Source of the DNA: Lingula anatina
Taxonomy: Eukaryota > Animalia > Brachiopoda
Reading direction: 5' to 3'
DNA length: 64,000 nucleotides
NCBI GenBank assembly: GCA_051362555.1
Contig: CM120649.1
Coordinates: 8,866,001 to 8,930,000, forward strand
Shown: one piece after another, positions 12,213 to 24,339 of the stretch
Position numbering within the stretch: the stretch's first letter is position 1
Layout of the letters: each line of letters opens with the position of its first letter
Notes under the pieces: model-generated
Told to the model about the DNA's origin: nothing
Seen by the model: the letters and a program-made list of their open reading frames with translations, nothing else
The model's database searches: none
Program-made: the position numbers and the translations under genes

Positions 12213-14335
12213 ATATTCAGTATTTTCATCATATATTATTTGAGGTTAGATTTATAACACAGATTCCAAGAGACCGTAAAATCACCTTTAAGACATAATG
12301 AAAAAAAATTGTATTTTTGTCAAAAGAAATATTTATGTACAATGGCTAAAATTGAAAGTTTTTTCTTTAAAGCATATTCGGCTACCTATTCAAAGTGAAT
12401 ATGGCTAACTAACCTTTAAGTTAGAAAAATAAGTCATGTTTCCATCATATACAATTCTGGACATTACATGTGGTTTGACATGGAAAACCTGTAAAAAATA
12501 ATTTAAATGATGATGTTTTAACCTCATATGACCAAAAAATTACCTCTCCTTAAGGATCTTGGAAACATCTTGACAGCTTTAAGATTCTTAATATGTATTA
12601 TTTTATTGTTTGTGATGCTATGATAATGACGTGAGCATGCCATCATGAACTAGAGTATGTATTTGTAAGACTGATATTTATATATAGTACTGTGTATTTT
12701 ACAATTTTAATTGAAGCTATAAGGGCCAGTTAGGGTACACAATGTAACATTTAGAGATTAAGTGCCAGTTTTCCTAAGCACCAGACAAGTGCGGTAAGGT
12801 GAAGGTTCACAGAATTTGACCTTATTGGGCCGAAATACTTGCCTGGGGACCCTTTTAACTTTTGCCATATGACATCTCCCAATACCGTATTTTTGGGGAT
12901 TTATGCCTAATTTTAGGTTTTCTCAGCTTTCGGAGCAGATTTTCAGTAAGCAGGCACGCTACTCTTGCATATGCTTATTATTACCTTACTAAGTTATATA
13001 TTTACAAGGTATTGTCTTGCCAATCATTGTTCTTCCCCCAGAGATATTCAAACACAAAACTAAAAGTCTTGAAGAATAGTTGGCGACCTGCTGGGTTGTG
13101 AGCCAGTCGTCCCTTGAAAACGGCTTCTTGCCAGTGACAGTATCTATAGATACTTTTAATTTCTTTGTTTTGCTACATATGCTGGTTGTTCTTTTCTCCC
13201 AGTTTCAAGACCCCTGTTGAATTCTGCCAGTAGAAATTGCTGAACTCCCTATGTATATCTTCTCACACTTCTTGGAACCTTAAGGGCCCAGCCAGCTGGG
13301 AGGTCCCTTCTGTCCCTTTGCTTTTAAGTGCTTGGGGCTAGCACACTTTCAGCAGTGCTGCTCGTTTTCACTTCGCCCAATCTTTGGGCCCACTTGGACC
13401 TTACAAGGTCATAGCCAACCTGTTCAAAAAGATGCTGACCTGCAGCAGTATGGGATGTAAGTTCTTCCTCAGTTAGGTAAGACTTCATGCTATGCAGCCT
13501 GCTTCCAGACACCTGAATCTGGGGGCAGCTTTTCCAGCTTGTGCCTCGCTGAAATCATAGCACCTTATCTGTAACCCCAAATGGGACGATAGTTCAGGAA
13601 TAGCCAGCAGCAGTTGAGCACTATGGTAACACCCAGCGTTATCAGATCTCAGGAACACCTCTCTGACAGCAGGAACTCTCTTCTGTAATTCACGGAGGGA
13701 TGATTCCAAAATTGAAATGACAATAAACCAATTTTTTACACAGTTGTCCAATATGTGAGTGTATCTGAAAAGGTAATTATGTATGTGTGTATATATACAC
13801 AGAAAAAAAAAGATTCAAATGACATTTTTCCTTGTGCAAAATGGAGGGTGAAGCAAATACCTCTCCAAAAAGAAATCAATCCAAGTTGATCCTGCTTAGT
13901 AGAAACTAATAGAATGTTATAAATATTCAAATAAGTTCAAATAGTAAGTTTATGAATTTATAAATCTAATATTTATAAATGAGACCTCAATGTTTCTTAC
14001 ATCATGATTTTCACCATCACCAATCATCACTGCTGCTGTGACATGCCATGAAATCCCTTTTTTGGCAAACCAGTCTTGTTGGACCTCTCTATACTTAGGG
14101 ACTGTGCACATGGAAAATCTATTTTCTAAAAATTTATTTTCTATTTGCGGTATCTGTGCCCTGAATACCCCGCGGCGTAATTACTGGCAGCGCGAGCCAG
14201 TTACTTCCAAAGCTGTAATTAATTCTGGGCTGTGCTCAGAGGAGATTCTGATACCTTGACACATGCGCAGTAGTGTCTCTAAGCTGTGGAGTTCATCAGT
14301 TTAGTTGTGACGACTTGAGCATACAGACGCGTAAT

Positions 14336-14870
14336 ATGGCTAGTGGTAGTGCAAAACAAGTTGGAGGAAGGTCAAAGGGGGTGGAAAATTGGACAGATGC
14401 TGAGACTATCGCGCTCATCAACATCTGGGGGGAGGAAGATATGCAAGCACATTTTGCGAGTGTGCGTTTTACTAATGTTCAGGTTTACAGGAAGATTGCA
14501 GAGCGGCTGAGAAAGGATTCGGGTGTTGATCGTTCAGGCCATGCAGGCTTGCCAGAACAGAATCAGAAAGTTGAAGGAGAACTATAAAAAAGTAAAAGAC
14601 AACAACAAGTGAGTTTCTTTTGAATTTTGCAATTATCAGTTACGTTGTCAGATTTCTGACTTCATTCACCTTCTTATTTTTCATGTGGTATCTTGTGATT
14701 CATCTCTCAGGTGCTGTTACTGTTGATTACCAATATCCATGTGTTCATTACATCTTCAAGTGTTTCTTTCTTAATATTTTTTCAGTGGTAGTGGTAAGGG
14801 GCACAAAACGTGCAAGCATTTCGAGGAGCTGGATAAGATACTTGGAAATCGCCCTCTGCAAATGCCCCGC
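14336..14870 (+). pseudogene. Harbinger Myb/SANT-like (trihelix) DNA-binding protein
   Basis: MASGS..NWTDAETIALINIWGEEDMQAHF..NVQVYRKIAERL..(fs)ACQNRIRKLKENYKKVKDNNK. GT-AG intron at ~14609-14785, then GSGKGHKTCKHFEELDKILGNRP. Confidence 0.85.
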
Positions 14871-15745
14871 AACTTACTAGATACAAGCACCCAAGCCACA
14901 GGTAAGCCATTAAAAAGTGACAAGCCAGGTGATTGGGAAGATCTGAGGTGTCACTGTTGTAATGTCCTTTGTTTGTAGGCCCAACTACCTGGCATCCACA
15001 AACAAACAATTAAGCATAATTACCTTTTCGTTCCAGTAGCTTGCTCTTGGCATTCTGCAAACATGCCACTTTTAGAAAGTGATACAATCTGTCGTCTTGA
15101 TAATACTGCTCCTTTTGATGTTTATTGCAACAAAAAAAAAAAGCCATTTTTCACTTTGCCTTGACACAGTTAATTATTAAAGCTCATTCCTATATGGTAA
15201 CGGTTGTGTTTGGAAAAGTTGTTTTTCTTATAGAGGGCAGTTAAATAAGGTCGTTTGTTTACATTTTATTTCCACTCTGGCCTGCTTTTTACATATTACT
15301 TTAGTACAGCTATTTTAATAAGAGAATACTGATTGAAATAACTATATGTAACAGGTATAGTTTTGAGCTTGCAATGGCTGCATCTTGAACCTAAGGTGTA
15401 ATCCAGCAAATTGTAAATGTCCTATAAATCACCGCATTTTAACCCTTATAATGGGTGGAGAGTAGGCTGTGGTTGATAGCAAATTAATCCAAAATTGAGA
15501 ATATACCCATGGTAAACAAAATACCGTAATACCTCATTGTTACTTTCAAGTGCACGTTTCAACAAAAGACTCGGTACTTAAATGCACACATTATCTGCAT
15601 ATCCAACAGTCTTAAAAATACAAGAGAAGAGACAATGAAAGCAATGAATAAATTTATTATTTTCTGTAACCAATTTTTGTTTTTAGGTCAGGTAATTCAA
15701 ACTATTCAAAAACGGAACTTCTATCACAAAATGGAGAAAGAAAGT

Positions 15746-18700
15746 CTATCTATTGAAAAACCCCATTAACGATTCCCTTATATCTTTTCCTCGAAACCGT
15801 GCCCTCTCCTCTCTAGGTGGTGGATGATACCCTCTATGTTCATGGTCCTGCTCTACTTGCAAAATAAACTCAAAATTCATTTCATGTTTGTGAACTAAAG
15901 AAATATTATGTAAAGCAAAACATGCCATTAAAAGATGCAAAACAAATTCAGTGTCAAAATCAATATGATATTGGAGAATGCTCCATTTCTTTTTCGTCCT
16001 CCCAAAACAACATTCGATGGGCATCCTTGCCCGAGAACGTCTATAATTATAATTAGTATGCAACCTATTTAAGTGTCCATTATCTGGGAAGGGCCTCATT
16101 AGGTAGGGCTTCAGCGGGTAGGCAGAAACTCCCAAAATAAACAATGGGACATCTATTCCTTCAATTTTTCTTACATGTTGATCATCCATTGGGAACAGCC
16201 TCCCCTCTTCTGCCTTCCTGTAGACATTCGAATTTGTCCAAACCCTGGCATCATGGACACTGCCAGGCCACCCCACAACGACATCCAACACTGGTCTCAT
16301 GGTCACACACAACCTAAAAATGGAAAAAATATCAAGCTCATGCCACGTAATGACTAAAAAATATTGTCACTTTAAACTGAAGGAAGGATACAGCAAGGTC
16401 AGAAAGTTTCTTATCCCCAAATTAATCATGAAAAATTTTTTTTTAGTCAGCTTATGAAAAAAAATTTTTTTGGTAGTTAGGTGTAAGACTAATATTTTTA
16501 TTTAGGATATTCTGCACTTAGTAAATAGAAAATTAAAATAATAATATAATAGTCTCACGTTTATTACTATTAATTTAGTGTTCTATTTCCAAGTATTGCT
16601 ACAACAATATTGTTATTGCTAGCTATCACAAGTCTATTTTTTACCTGAGCAACAAGGGAATAAATAAATAATTTGATAGTGATAATGACAGTTGTATAAA
16701 GTACAAGTAAATGAAACTTACAATTTTATGTGTTGTTAAAATTTGGTTTTGGGTATGTATATTGTGGTTTTTACAAGTCTTAGTAAAATTTGGGTGTGGA
16801 CACATGGATAATTTCAAAAGTAGTGTAGTATTTATCTGTTTGTTTCTTTATATCTATATGTAATGTGCTCTAAGGTTTTTGTCAGTTATTTAAGCATTTT
16901 TTTTTTTATTTTATAGATTTGGACCATACGTACGCACGTATACAGTCACACAAGTTTGTGTAGAGACAATAAATCTTATGAGTACAAATACAGTCTCCTC
17001 TTTTTGTATCGAAGTGTCACCCATCACATTTCAAGTTCAAATAATTTTATGTCCTCTTTTGTATGACAAAATTCTTGCTTCTTAGGTGTCTGCATAAAAA
17101 TGAACTGCTTACTCTAGGTGGCATTGTCTATTATTCAATAGGGGTGTGTGGACTATACTAAACCGAAGGGGTGGTAGGTTATGTCCTTTACACTAAGTTT
17201 ATTACACTGATGAACAAGATGTAGTGCTTATGCATTTAATCAGTGTGTGCAGTGGTGCAGTCAATCTTTAAATGATAAGGGTGTTGGAAGAACCAGCGGG
17301 TGACCATTAAACGTTCTAATATTTAATCACGGGAAAATCACGTATCACCAGGTATAATGTCTTCGTTTCACGAAGGGCAGAGAATAAACAATTGCATTCA
17401 CAAGTCGCGTGAATGGGGTGCTTCACGAATCACGCTAAATAAGATGAACGTTTCACACACCTCAATAAATAAATAGCTGTTTTTTATACAGATTTATTCT
17501 GTACATTTTTCTCTTAGAATTTGAGCAGCATTTATTTGATTTTGATTAAATACTTCAAGTTAATCGGATATTTCAGGTACATGTTGTGTTGCGTTTCTCT
17601 TGTTTTTAATTTTCCCATATTTTTAATGTTATTTTATTTCTTTAGCCTACGCATTTTGTAGGTGTTTTGGTGACAACATTTCATCTTTCCTTGGAAGCTA
17701 GGCTTCATCGCCTTACTCAATGTGAACAAAAAAACCTAATGAGTGTAATTTTTAAAAAAGGGTCGGGCAATTAGGGCACACATAATTGGCATGCTATTTA
17801 ACGAACGGCCACTCTCTGCAAATATGTTAAGTCGATGAATAAGTAGAAATTCGTTTTTGTTTTCATCATATGTTTACCATATGTCAGATAAATAATGGAA
17901 AAAGCCTGACTACTTAAGAATCTGTGACATTCCTATAATTGTACGTTTGCTTAGATTTTGTTCTGGAAAGTGGTATTTAAATGTGGTTCGTATTTATTTG
18001 CGTATTTATTTTACTAGGTAAATTTTTAATGGTATTCACTATTGTTTAGGGTGTGCGTATAATGAGTGTACAAACTAATACATTAGTGTAAGATTACTTT
18101 CCACTTGTGAAATATAGTAGCTGTATTGCGCTTTATAAACATAATTCCAACTGCATTGTAATGGTTATTGTTGTTTTTTGCAATAAATTACTATAATTGA
18201 AAATTCACAAGCCTTCCTCTCATTAAATGAAATGCTACATGAATTTGAAACATTATCAGTGCTATAAGTAATTGAAATAAGTATAATTGTCCTTATTTGA
18301 TTAGATAAGGGTAATAAAGACTAACCTAAAATCGCCTTTACTTGATCGGAAAAGGGTATGTTCAAGCATAGAAGATGCTTATAATGGAAAGCTACAATGG
18401 TATGTTGGCAGTTTTATTATCTATACAATTATTTATCACATGTTTCTTTTTTACCGATAGAAATTAAAATATCAGTGTCCCGTATGATCATAACCTACCT
18501 CCACATCCCAGGTGTTGGTAAGTGCAGGGCTAATTCGTTGATCAGATATTCAAACGTCTCTCGCTTCATTCTGAAACTTTCTTGCCAGTCCCTATCATCA
18601 AATGTTTCATTAACGATTCTCTCCCACCAATGGCTTGACCTAAAACAATAAAACTACATAACAATAAATACAAAAAAATGCATTATGCATACATTTCTAG

Positions 18701-18898
18701 TATAAAAACTAATCAGGCTTAAATATAATTCCCTAGTTTATTGTTGAGACTGTTCTATAACAAAATTATTCTTGCATATGAACAATGTTAATATAATGGT
18801 TTCATAGATAAATACATTTACCTTAGCTAGGTGCACACATGTATATATTCTCCTTTAGTTACTGTTTCACACACTTTATATTTCTCAAACTTTTTTTT

Positions 18899-18929
<31 letters not shown>

Positions 18930-19308
18930 GTTATACCTGATGAGATGATTCACCTCATCTGGATTTCAGAATTTGGGGTCCATAATACATTGAAATCGCC
19001 GTAAAATAGTCGTGAAGTCGTGTAAGGAAACGAACACGAGGAAAATGTCACATTGTTGAAACATTCCCTGTTGATAAAAACAGCAAACATTACCTTTCCT
19101 GAGACCAGATAGTCCTCTCAGGTGAAACGATCAGCAAAGACAACAAAAGCAGCATCAACTGTTTTCGCCTCCTAGCTCGCATTCTATAAAATCTCATCCT
19201 CCGTTGCCGCATCGCTTGCCATCGGATCATGACGGTTGCACTCATATCTGTCTTGTGTATAGCTTCTTCATCTTCTTCGTCTTGTTGTTGCACAAAATCG
19301 ACAAACAC
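15746..19308 (-). pseudogene. Harbinger/HARBI1-like DDE transposase (DDE_Tnp_4), spliced and inactive
   Basis: 15746-16312 has GWPGSVHDARVW..ILGVSAYPLKPYLMRPF..NYRRSRARMPIECCFG, where GDSAY is mutated to GVSAY. Upstream exons ~18495-18640 (WWERIVNETFDDRDWQESFRMKRETFEYLINEL) and 19094-19308 (..SPERTIWSQER). The first catalytic IDG region was not found. Confidence 0.9.
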
Positions 19309-20539
19309 TTTTCAAAGCAACTGCAACCACCATTAACTTTCTAACTTCCTACTGCACATGCGTCAAGGTATCAGAATCTCCTCCGAGCACAGCCGAGAAT
19401 TAATTACAGCTTTGGAAGTAACTGGCTCGCGTTGCCAGTAATTATGCTGCGGGGTACTCGTGGCACAGACCGTGATCACAAGATACCGCGAATAGAAAAT
19501 AGATTTTTAGAAAATAGATTTTCCATGTGAACGGTCCCTTAGTTGGTAAAAACCTTCATAGCTCAATCCATGGTGATCAATGCTTGTGTTGGGGTAAGGT
19601 TTTCTAGAACGTCTGCTTTCCCTAATTCTTGGTTCTTGGACCTCACTATGTGATTTTCCACAAGAAGATTGAATCTCTAGATTTTCTGAAGTCAAACAGC
19701 ATTTCCTCTTTCTGCTCAGGGTACCTATGTGAAAAAGTTATTGTGAGAAGCATATAATAATAATATAAATAATGATATAAAGAAACAGACACATATATAA
19801 TTCATTATGCATATGAAGACACATCAAGTTCATTTCTGATACCTTCTTAATATTTACCTGAAACTTGTCATTTCATCCATTATGACCACTTCAATGTTAT
19901 CCAAAACAGCAGAAAGACCATCTCAGCTACCACAGGCCATATTGTGATCATGGTTGCATTGAGCAGGAAGTGACAAGGCATAACTTATACAGTGGTCAGC
20001 ACACTGATCCTTTTTTATTATATGTAGTTTGTAGTCTGACTTCAGATAGTTCTTGGCATCTCTTAGTCTGGAGTGTTGTTCTTTAACCCATGCACTAGAA
20101 AACCCTAAAATATGAATATTATTTTAAAAAAAACAGTCTTAAATTTTAATTCCAAATATTGACATTTGTTTGGATAGAAAAAAAATAATAGCTATTTTTA
20201 TCATTATTATTATTATATTTATCAATTCTAACCAAATGTCATTGGTGTTTTCGCTAGTGACATTTAATGTTGTCATTTTATTGCACTTCGTCATATAATT
20301 GTTACTTTCTTACCACTGTTTGCTAATCATAATGTCCAGATAACTGTTAATTACCTAAAACATAAAGCATGTTATAGCTCTCATATATGAGAAATATCAA
20401 ACAGTAGAAAGAGAAATCAATGCCTAAAGACTTCTTAGGTTGAGTATGCACTATCAGTAACAAGGCAAATACTGCAAGGCATTATTTAAGTCTATGTGGC
20501 TAATTTTCAGGAAAGATGAGATAAGATGCTTATATTTTA

Positions 20540-23310
20540 CCTGTGTAACAAACCTGTTATCAGCACGCATCCCATCAATGTATTTTGATTGTGTTTTGTT
20601 CCTTTGGTGAACTTGGTTCCACAACACACTTTCTTTATTGGTGGAACTGTTGGTTTTGCTACAAAATGATTTAATAATTTTTATAATAATATTCCACCTT
20701 ATACCCCTCAAACATTTAAAGAGATAATGAGTACGGCTGTAATTCGTGGAGACTTACTAGGCTGATCATGTTGAAACCCAATTGCCCTTTTTAAGTAATA
20801 TTTAGTCGTGATCTGTTCCATCTAGACTTATAAGTTTCATAATATAAAAGTCATAAATAAGACACAAAATTAGGCTATTTTACATAAATGAACATTATTT
20901 CCCTAGGATAAAATTATAGGTTGCTAAACAGAGGCCATACCTTAATTCGGCGCGTAGTGCCGAACCTTGGGCGCAGCCTTGGTCCCCCTCCCAGACCTAC
21001 TCACACTCGGGCACTGCGCGGGAGGGGGTCACCCTCCCAGTGTGCAGAATATTTGAAAATTAAACCCAATAAAAGGGACATCTGATGCATTTTTCGGATG
21101 AACAAATATTATGTGATTAGAAAAAGTATGATATCATGTTTTGGGTTAATTTATTCTCGGTGAGAATGTGTTTTAAAAAGATGCTCAGAACCTTTTATGA
21201 ACACAGACATGTCATTATGGAAATAAACTTTATAATAATAATAGTGACTTTAAAATAATTTTAGTCAGCTGCACAAATGAACATTAATATTCAAATTATT
21301 TGCTAAGACTGTTGAGGCTTTTCCTGATACAGCATGTAGAATTTGGTTCCATTTAACAACTGTACAAATGCACCTGGTGTTGACTGGTGGATACATGTTC
21401 TGGACTGCTGTGTCTGTTTCTGTCATTGGTATTGGCTGTATTGACGTTGATTGCACCGAATCTACCTCCCTTGCTAACTCTGGTGATTCCTCTGCAATAA
21501 ACAACAACACCAATGCTTTGTGTACACAAATCTTTTTCTTGGTTGTGCATGCACATTTCAGTGCATTGGTTGCTGAATTATGGGTCACGACAACCTGCCC
21601 AAACACGGACCAGTACCTTGTGTCCTGCTCTTAGACTGAATAGAAAGTGTACTGCTTTGGAAGCGTGTGTACCCATTTAACTACTAGGGGCGAGTGGGCA
21701 GCATCTTTTATTTCACTGCATTATATTCTTCAATCAGAAGTAAGAATTCGATCCAGCGAAGCCATCCCCAGAAATGCACTGCATGACGTCACACCTAGCC
21801 CACTGCGCATGCGTGCATTTTTAATGAGTTGCTAGATTGCCATAGGAAAATGAATGGGTTCGCGATTCATGGGTAATTTGTGAAAATTGACAAACTAACG
21901 GCCTGATGCCGATAGACAGCAACGCTGTGCTATGCTTTAAGCAACTCCTGACCAAATATTGCAAGGGTTTTTAAAAAAATTCTGTTGCACAAACGTACTA
22001 AGATGTTTGCCGTGTATTGCCTATAGCCTACCCTCAGCAAAACGCAAATATTTTCAGAAATAGTGATTTTAGACTGTAAATTCACTCAGAAACAAAGGCA
22101 AACTAATTCGTTGCCAGCAGATATCGTTGCCATAGCACCAGCAGATGGCAGCACCATACAGAGTCTGATTAAAGACTTTCATGGCAATTGAAGAACTTTT
22201 ACCACTGTACAATGGAGTCCAAAAAAAGTACTTGGCACAAATGTAAAACTGCCCAGTGCAAGGCCAAGAATTCAATCAGTATTTTCAATCATATTGTCAG
22301 ATTCTACATGAATTGACTAACAAAATCACTATTTAACTAATCTCTTAATGCAAAGTTCCTATCATCATTTAGTAATTATGCAAAATTCTTCTTTCAGATT
22401 GCTATTTATTTTAATTTTTAATGCTGCAACTGTTCCAAAATAATCTTGTTGTAAAGGAAAAATGCAAACAAGAAGTGGAAGACCAATTTTACCCAAATTA
22501 TTCATTTATTTGAATATAAAAAGAATAAGATCACGTTTTAACAACTTAAAATAATCTTTCATGAACTCTTTCATGAATAACATATTAAACAAAAATAAAA
22601 GTTATAAATTAGTGGTAATGGCTTATTTTGGAATATATGACACCGCACATCATCAGTACCTGACTTGGTACAGTATAGTTACTACTTGGATACAGAGTTT
22701 TTTGTGTAATCTCATATGTTTTGCAGGGAATGAATAGGTGGGATTTGCCAGCTTTTGGTAGTCAATATTGGCTCCTCGAGCACTTATCAGAGAGTCTGTG
22801 TGCGATGCCATTGTTGTGCTGTGATTGGCTAGTTGAGTCACATGAAGCCCTACTGTAGCACCCTCACGTATCGCGTCGCCTGGCAAAGGCAGGAATGGGA
22901 TGGAATAGATGTGGTCACACAAATAGCCGGCTCTTCCTAGTGAGGCAGTCTGCATGATGTTTGTGCAATCTTTGTTACCGCAAGCTGGTGGAGCCGTGTA
23001 CCGAACATGCACTGGAAATAGCGGCCCATGGTTGTTACTTGATATTAGATGATATTACTTGATATTACTTGTCCACTAAAATGCTTTGATTATATTTTGA
23101 AAAATGTGTTCTGTGTGTTCTAAGGTACCTAGTGAAATTCTTCTGTAAAACTTTTTTCCGCATAGAGGACATTCAGCCATTGGATACACTGTTCTTTTCA
23201 AAAGTAACACTTTTACTGGCTCCTGTGTTTTAGCTGTTGAATTAGCTGCAGGTGGTTCTGATGTGGTTTTCAATGTTGATGCTGAAGGTGTTACAACCTC
23301 AGACAATGCC
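20540..23310 (-). pseudogene. Zisupton/KDZ-type transposon protein N-terminal exons (C2H2-like finger, Cys/His region, SWIM finger)
   Basis: CPLCGKKF (23076-23306); GPLFPVHVR..ACGNKDC..GYLCDHIYS (22870-23030); YTFYSV*EQDTRYWSVFGQVVVTH..LKCACTTKKKICVHKAL..MYPP (21380-21685, SWIM CxC..CxH). The KDZ catalytic core was not seen. Confidence 0.6.
22137..22153 (+). promoter_or_regulatory. CTCF-like motif
   Basis: ACCAGCAGATGGCAGCA resembles the CTCF core CCASYAGRKGGCRS. Motif match only. Confidence 0.3.
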
Positions 23311-23399
23311 TTAGTATAATTGCTGAGTATTTAGATTGCTTTCACATTTTAGGCATGCCCAGTAGTTTAATACACAGGATCTAATCTCAATGTTTCTGC

Positions 23400-23810
23400 C
23401 TGTTTCTCCATAGACCATAAAGTTAGGAGTGCTGGATTTTAGGTGAAGCAAAATTTTAGGTGTACTCTCTCAATCATGCCTAATTTGCCAAAGCCCCAAA
23501 TCTCTGATCCATATAACAGTATAGGTGTCACTATTTTATCAAAGAGAAAGAGGTGGTCTTCAATGGAAAGGTTCCGTGCTCTTCCTTTCTTTAGTAGGGC
23601 ATACATTGCAGCTGTTGCTTTTTTGCATAAGTATTCTTTGGTTTGTAGGAATGATCTTATTGGGAGAAGTATATTCCAAGATACTTAAAATGCTTAACAA
23701 TTTCTATTTTCTTGCAGTTGTATGTGAATTCTAGGATGCTTTTGCTCTCCTTTACCGCTTCAAATAAATTATAATTTGCATTTTAAAAAATTTAGCATCA
23801 TGCGACCGTG
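23400..23810 (-). mobile_element. Non-LTR retrotransposon RT 3' fragment (RTE-X/CR1-like)
   Basis: Minus strand reads YLGIYFS..KKATAAMYALLKKGR..LSIEDHLFLFDKIVTPILLYGSEIWGFGKLGMIERVHLKF. The + ORF 23443-23688 is its antisense shadow. Confidence 0.8.
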
Positions 23811-24202
23811 GCACGACAACAAATGTATTGTCCTTTCAAAAAGTCTTTATTTGGACTGATCTTACATAAAATACAGTACTTTCTTCACATCCGATCACTG
23901 GTGTATCTCCCTCAAATTACACGCCAACAGCTTTTTATAGTATAGGGTCACATGACCCACGTGACACAAAAAGGGTGCTAACACCAGCTATACATATTCA
24001 TTACATCTATTTATATACTTTAGCTACTTATATAAAGGTACAATGTACTATTACATATTTATATATATATATATGTGAATACATGTACCCTATTACAATC
24101 ATATCCACTTTTTAAAAATTACTTAAATAAAGAAAAAACTGCAGAGATGCAAGTGTGGCCCAGCTCACACAATTTAAATAATCCATTTGAGGTCAAATAA
24201 GC

Positions 24203-24339
24203 AATTACAGCTTTGGAAGTAACTGGCTCGCCCTGCCAGTAATTACGCCGCGGGGTATTCAGGGCACAGACCGTGATCACAAGATACCACAAATAGAAAA
24301 TAGATTTTTAGAAAATAGATTTTGCATGTGAACGGTCCC
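24203..24339 (+). mobile_element. Solo right-end TIR of the same Harbinger family
   Basis: Near-identical to 19402-19538, ending GAACGGTCCC and followed by TTA. Confidence 0.9.

Larger units (their letters stand above)
14098..19538. mobile_element. PIF/Harbinger DNA transposon with both ends, internally decayed
   Basis: Long TIRs at 14098-14273 and 19349-19538 (GGGAC(T/C)GT.CACATGGAAAATCTATTTTCTAAAAAT...). TTA TSD at 14095-14097 and 19539-19541. Convergent Myb/SANT and DDE_Tnp_4 genes inside. Confidence 0.95.
13030..20100 (-). mobile_element. Decayed Sola3-like DDD transposase gene, interrupted by a Harbinger element
   Basis: Minus-strand pieces: KNYLKSDYKLH..CADHCISYALS..CNHDHNMAC (19860-20100); ITMD*AMK(fs)FLPTK (19540-19600); YREVQQDWFAKKGISWHVTAAV (14030-14097); FLRSDNAGCYH..YDFSEAQAGK (13530-13750); C-terminal KWAQ..GWALK..FNRGLETGRK (13150-13500). 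The Sola3 assignment rests on recalled motifs. Confidence 0.72.

Noticed and set aside
11834-12257. K/F-rich ORFs on both strands
   Set aside because: Low-complexity AAAACATTTT repeats.
18936-18965. CTGATGAG hammerhead-like core
   Set aside because: It forms a simple inverted repeat, with no GAAA/stem III at the proper spacing.
23443-23688. Plus-strand 81-aa ORF
   Set aside because: Antisense shadow of the minus-strand RT fragment.
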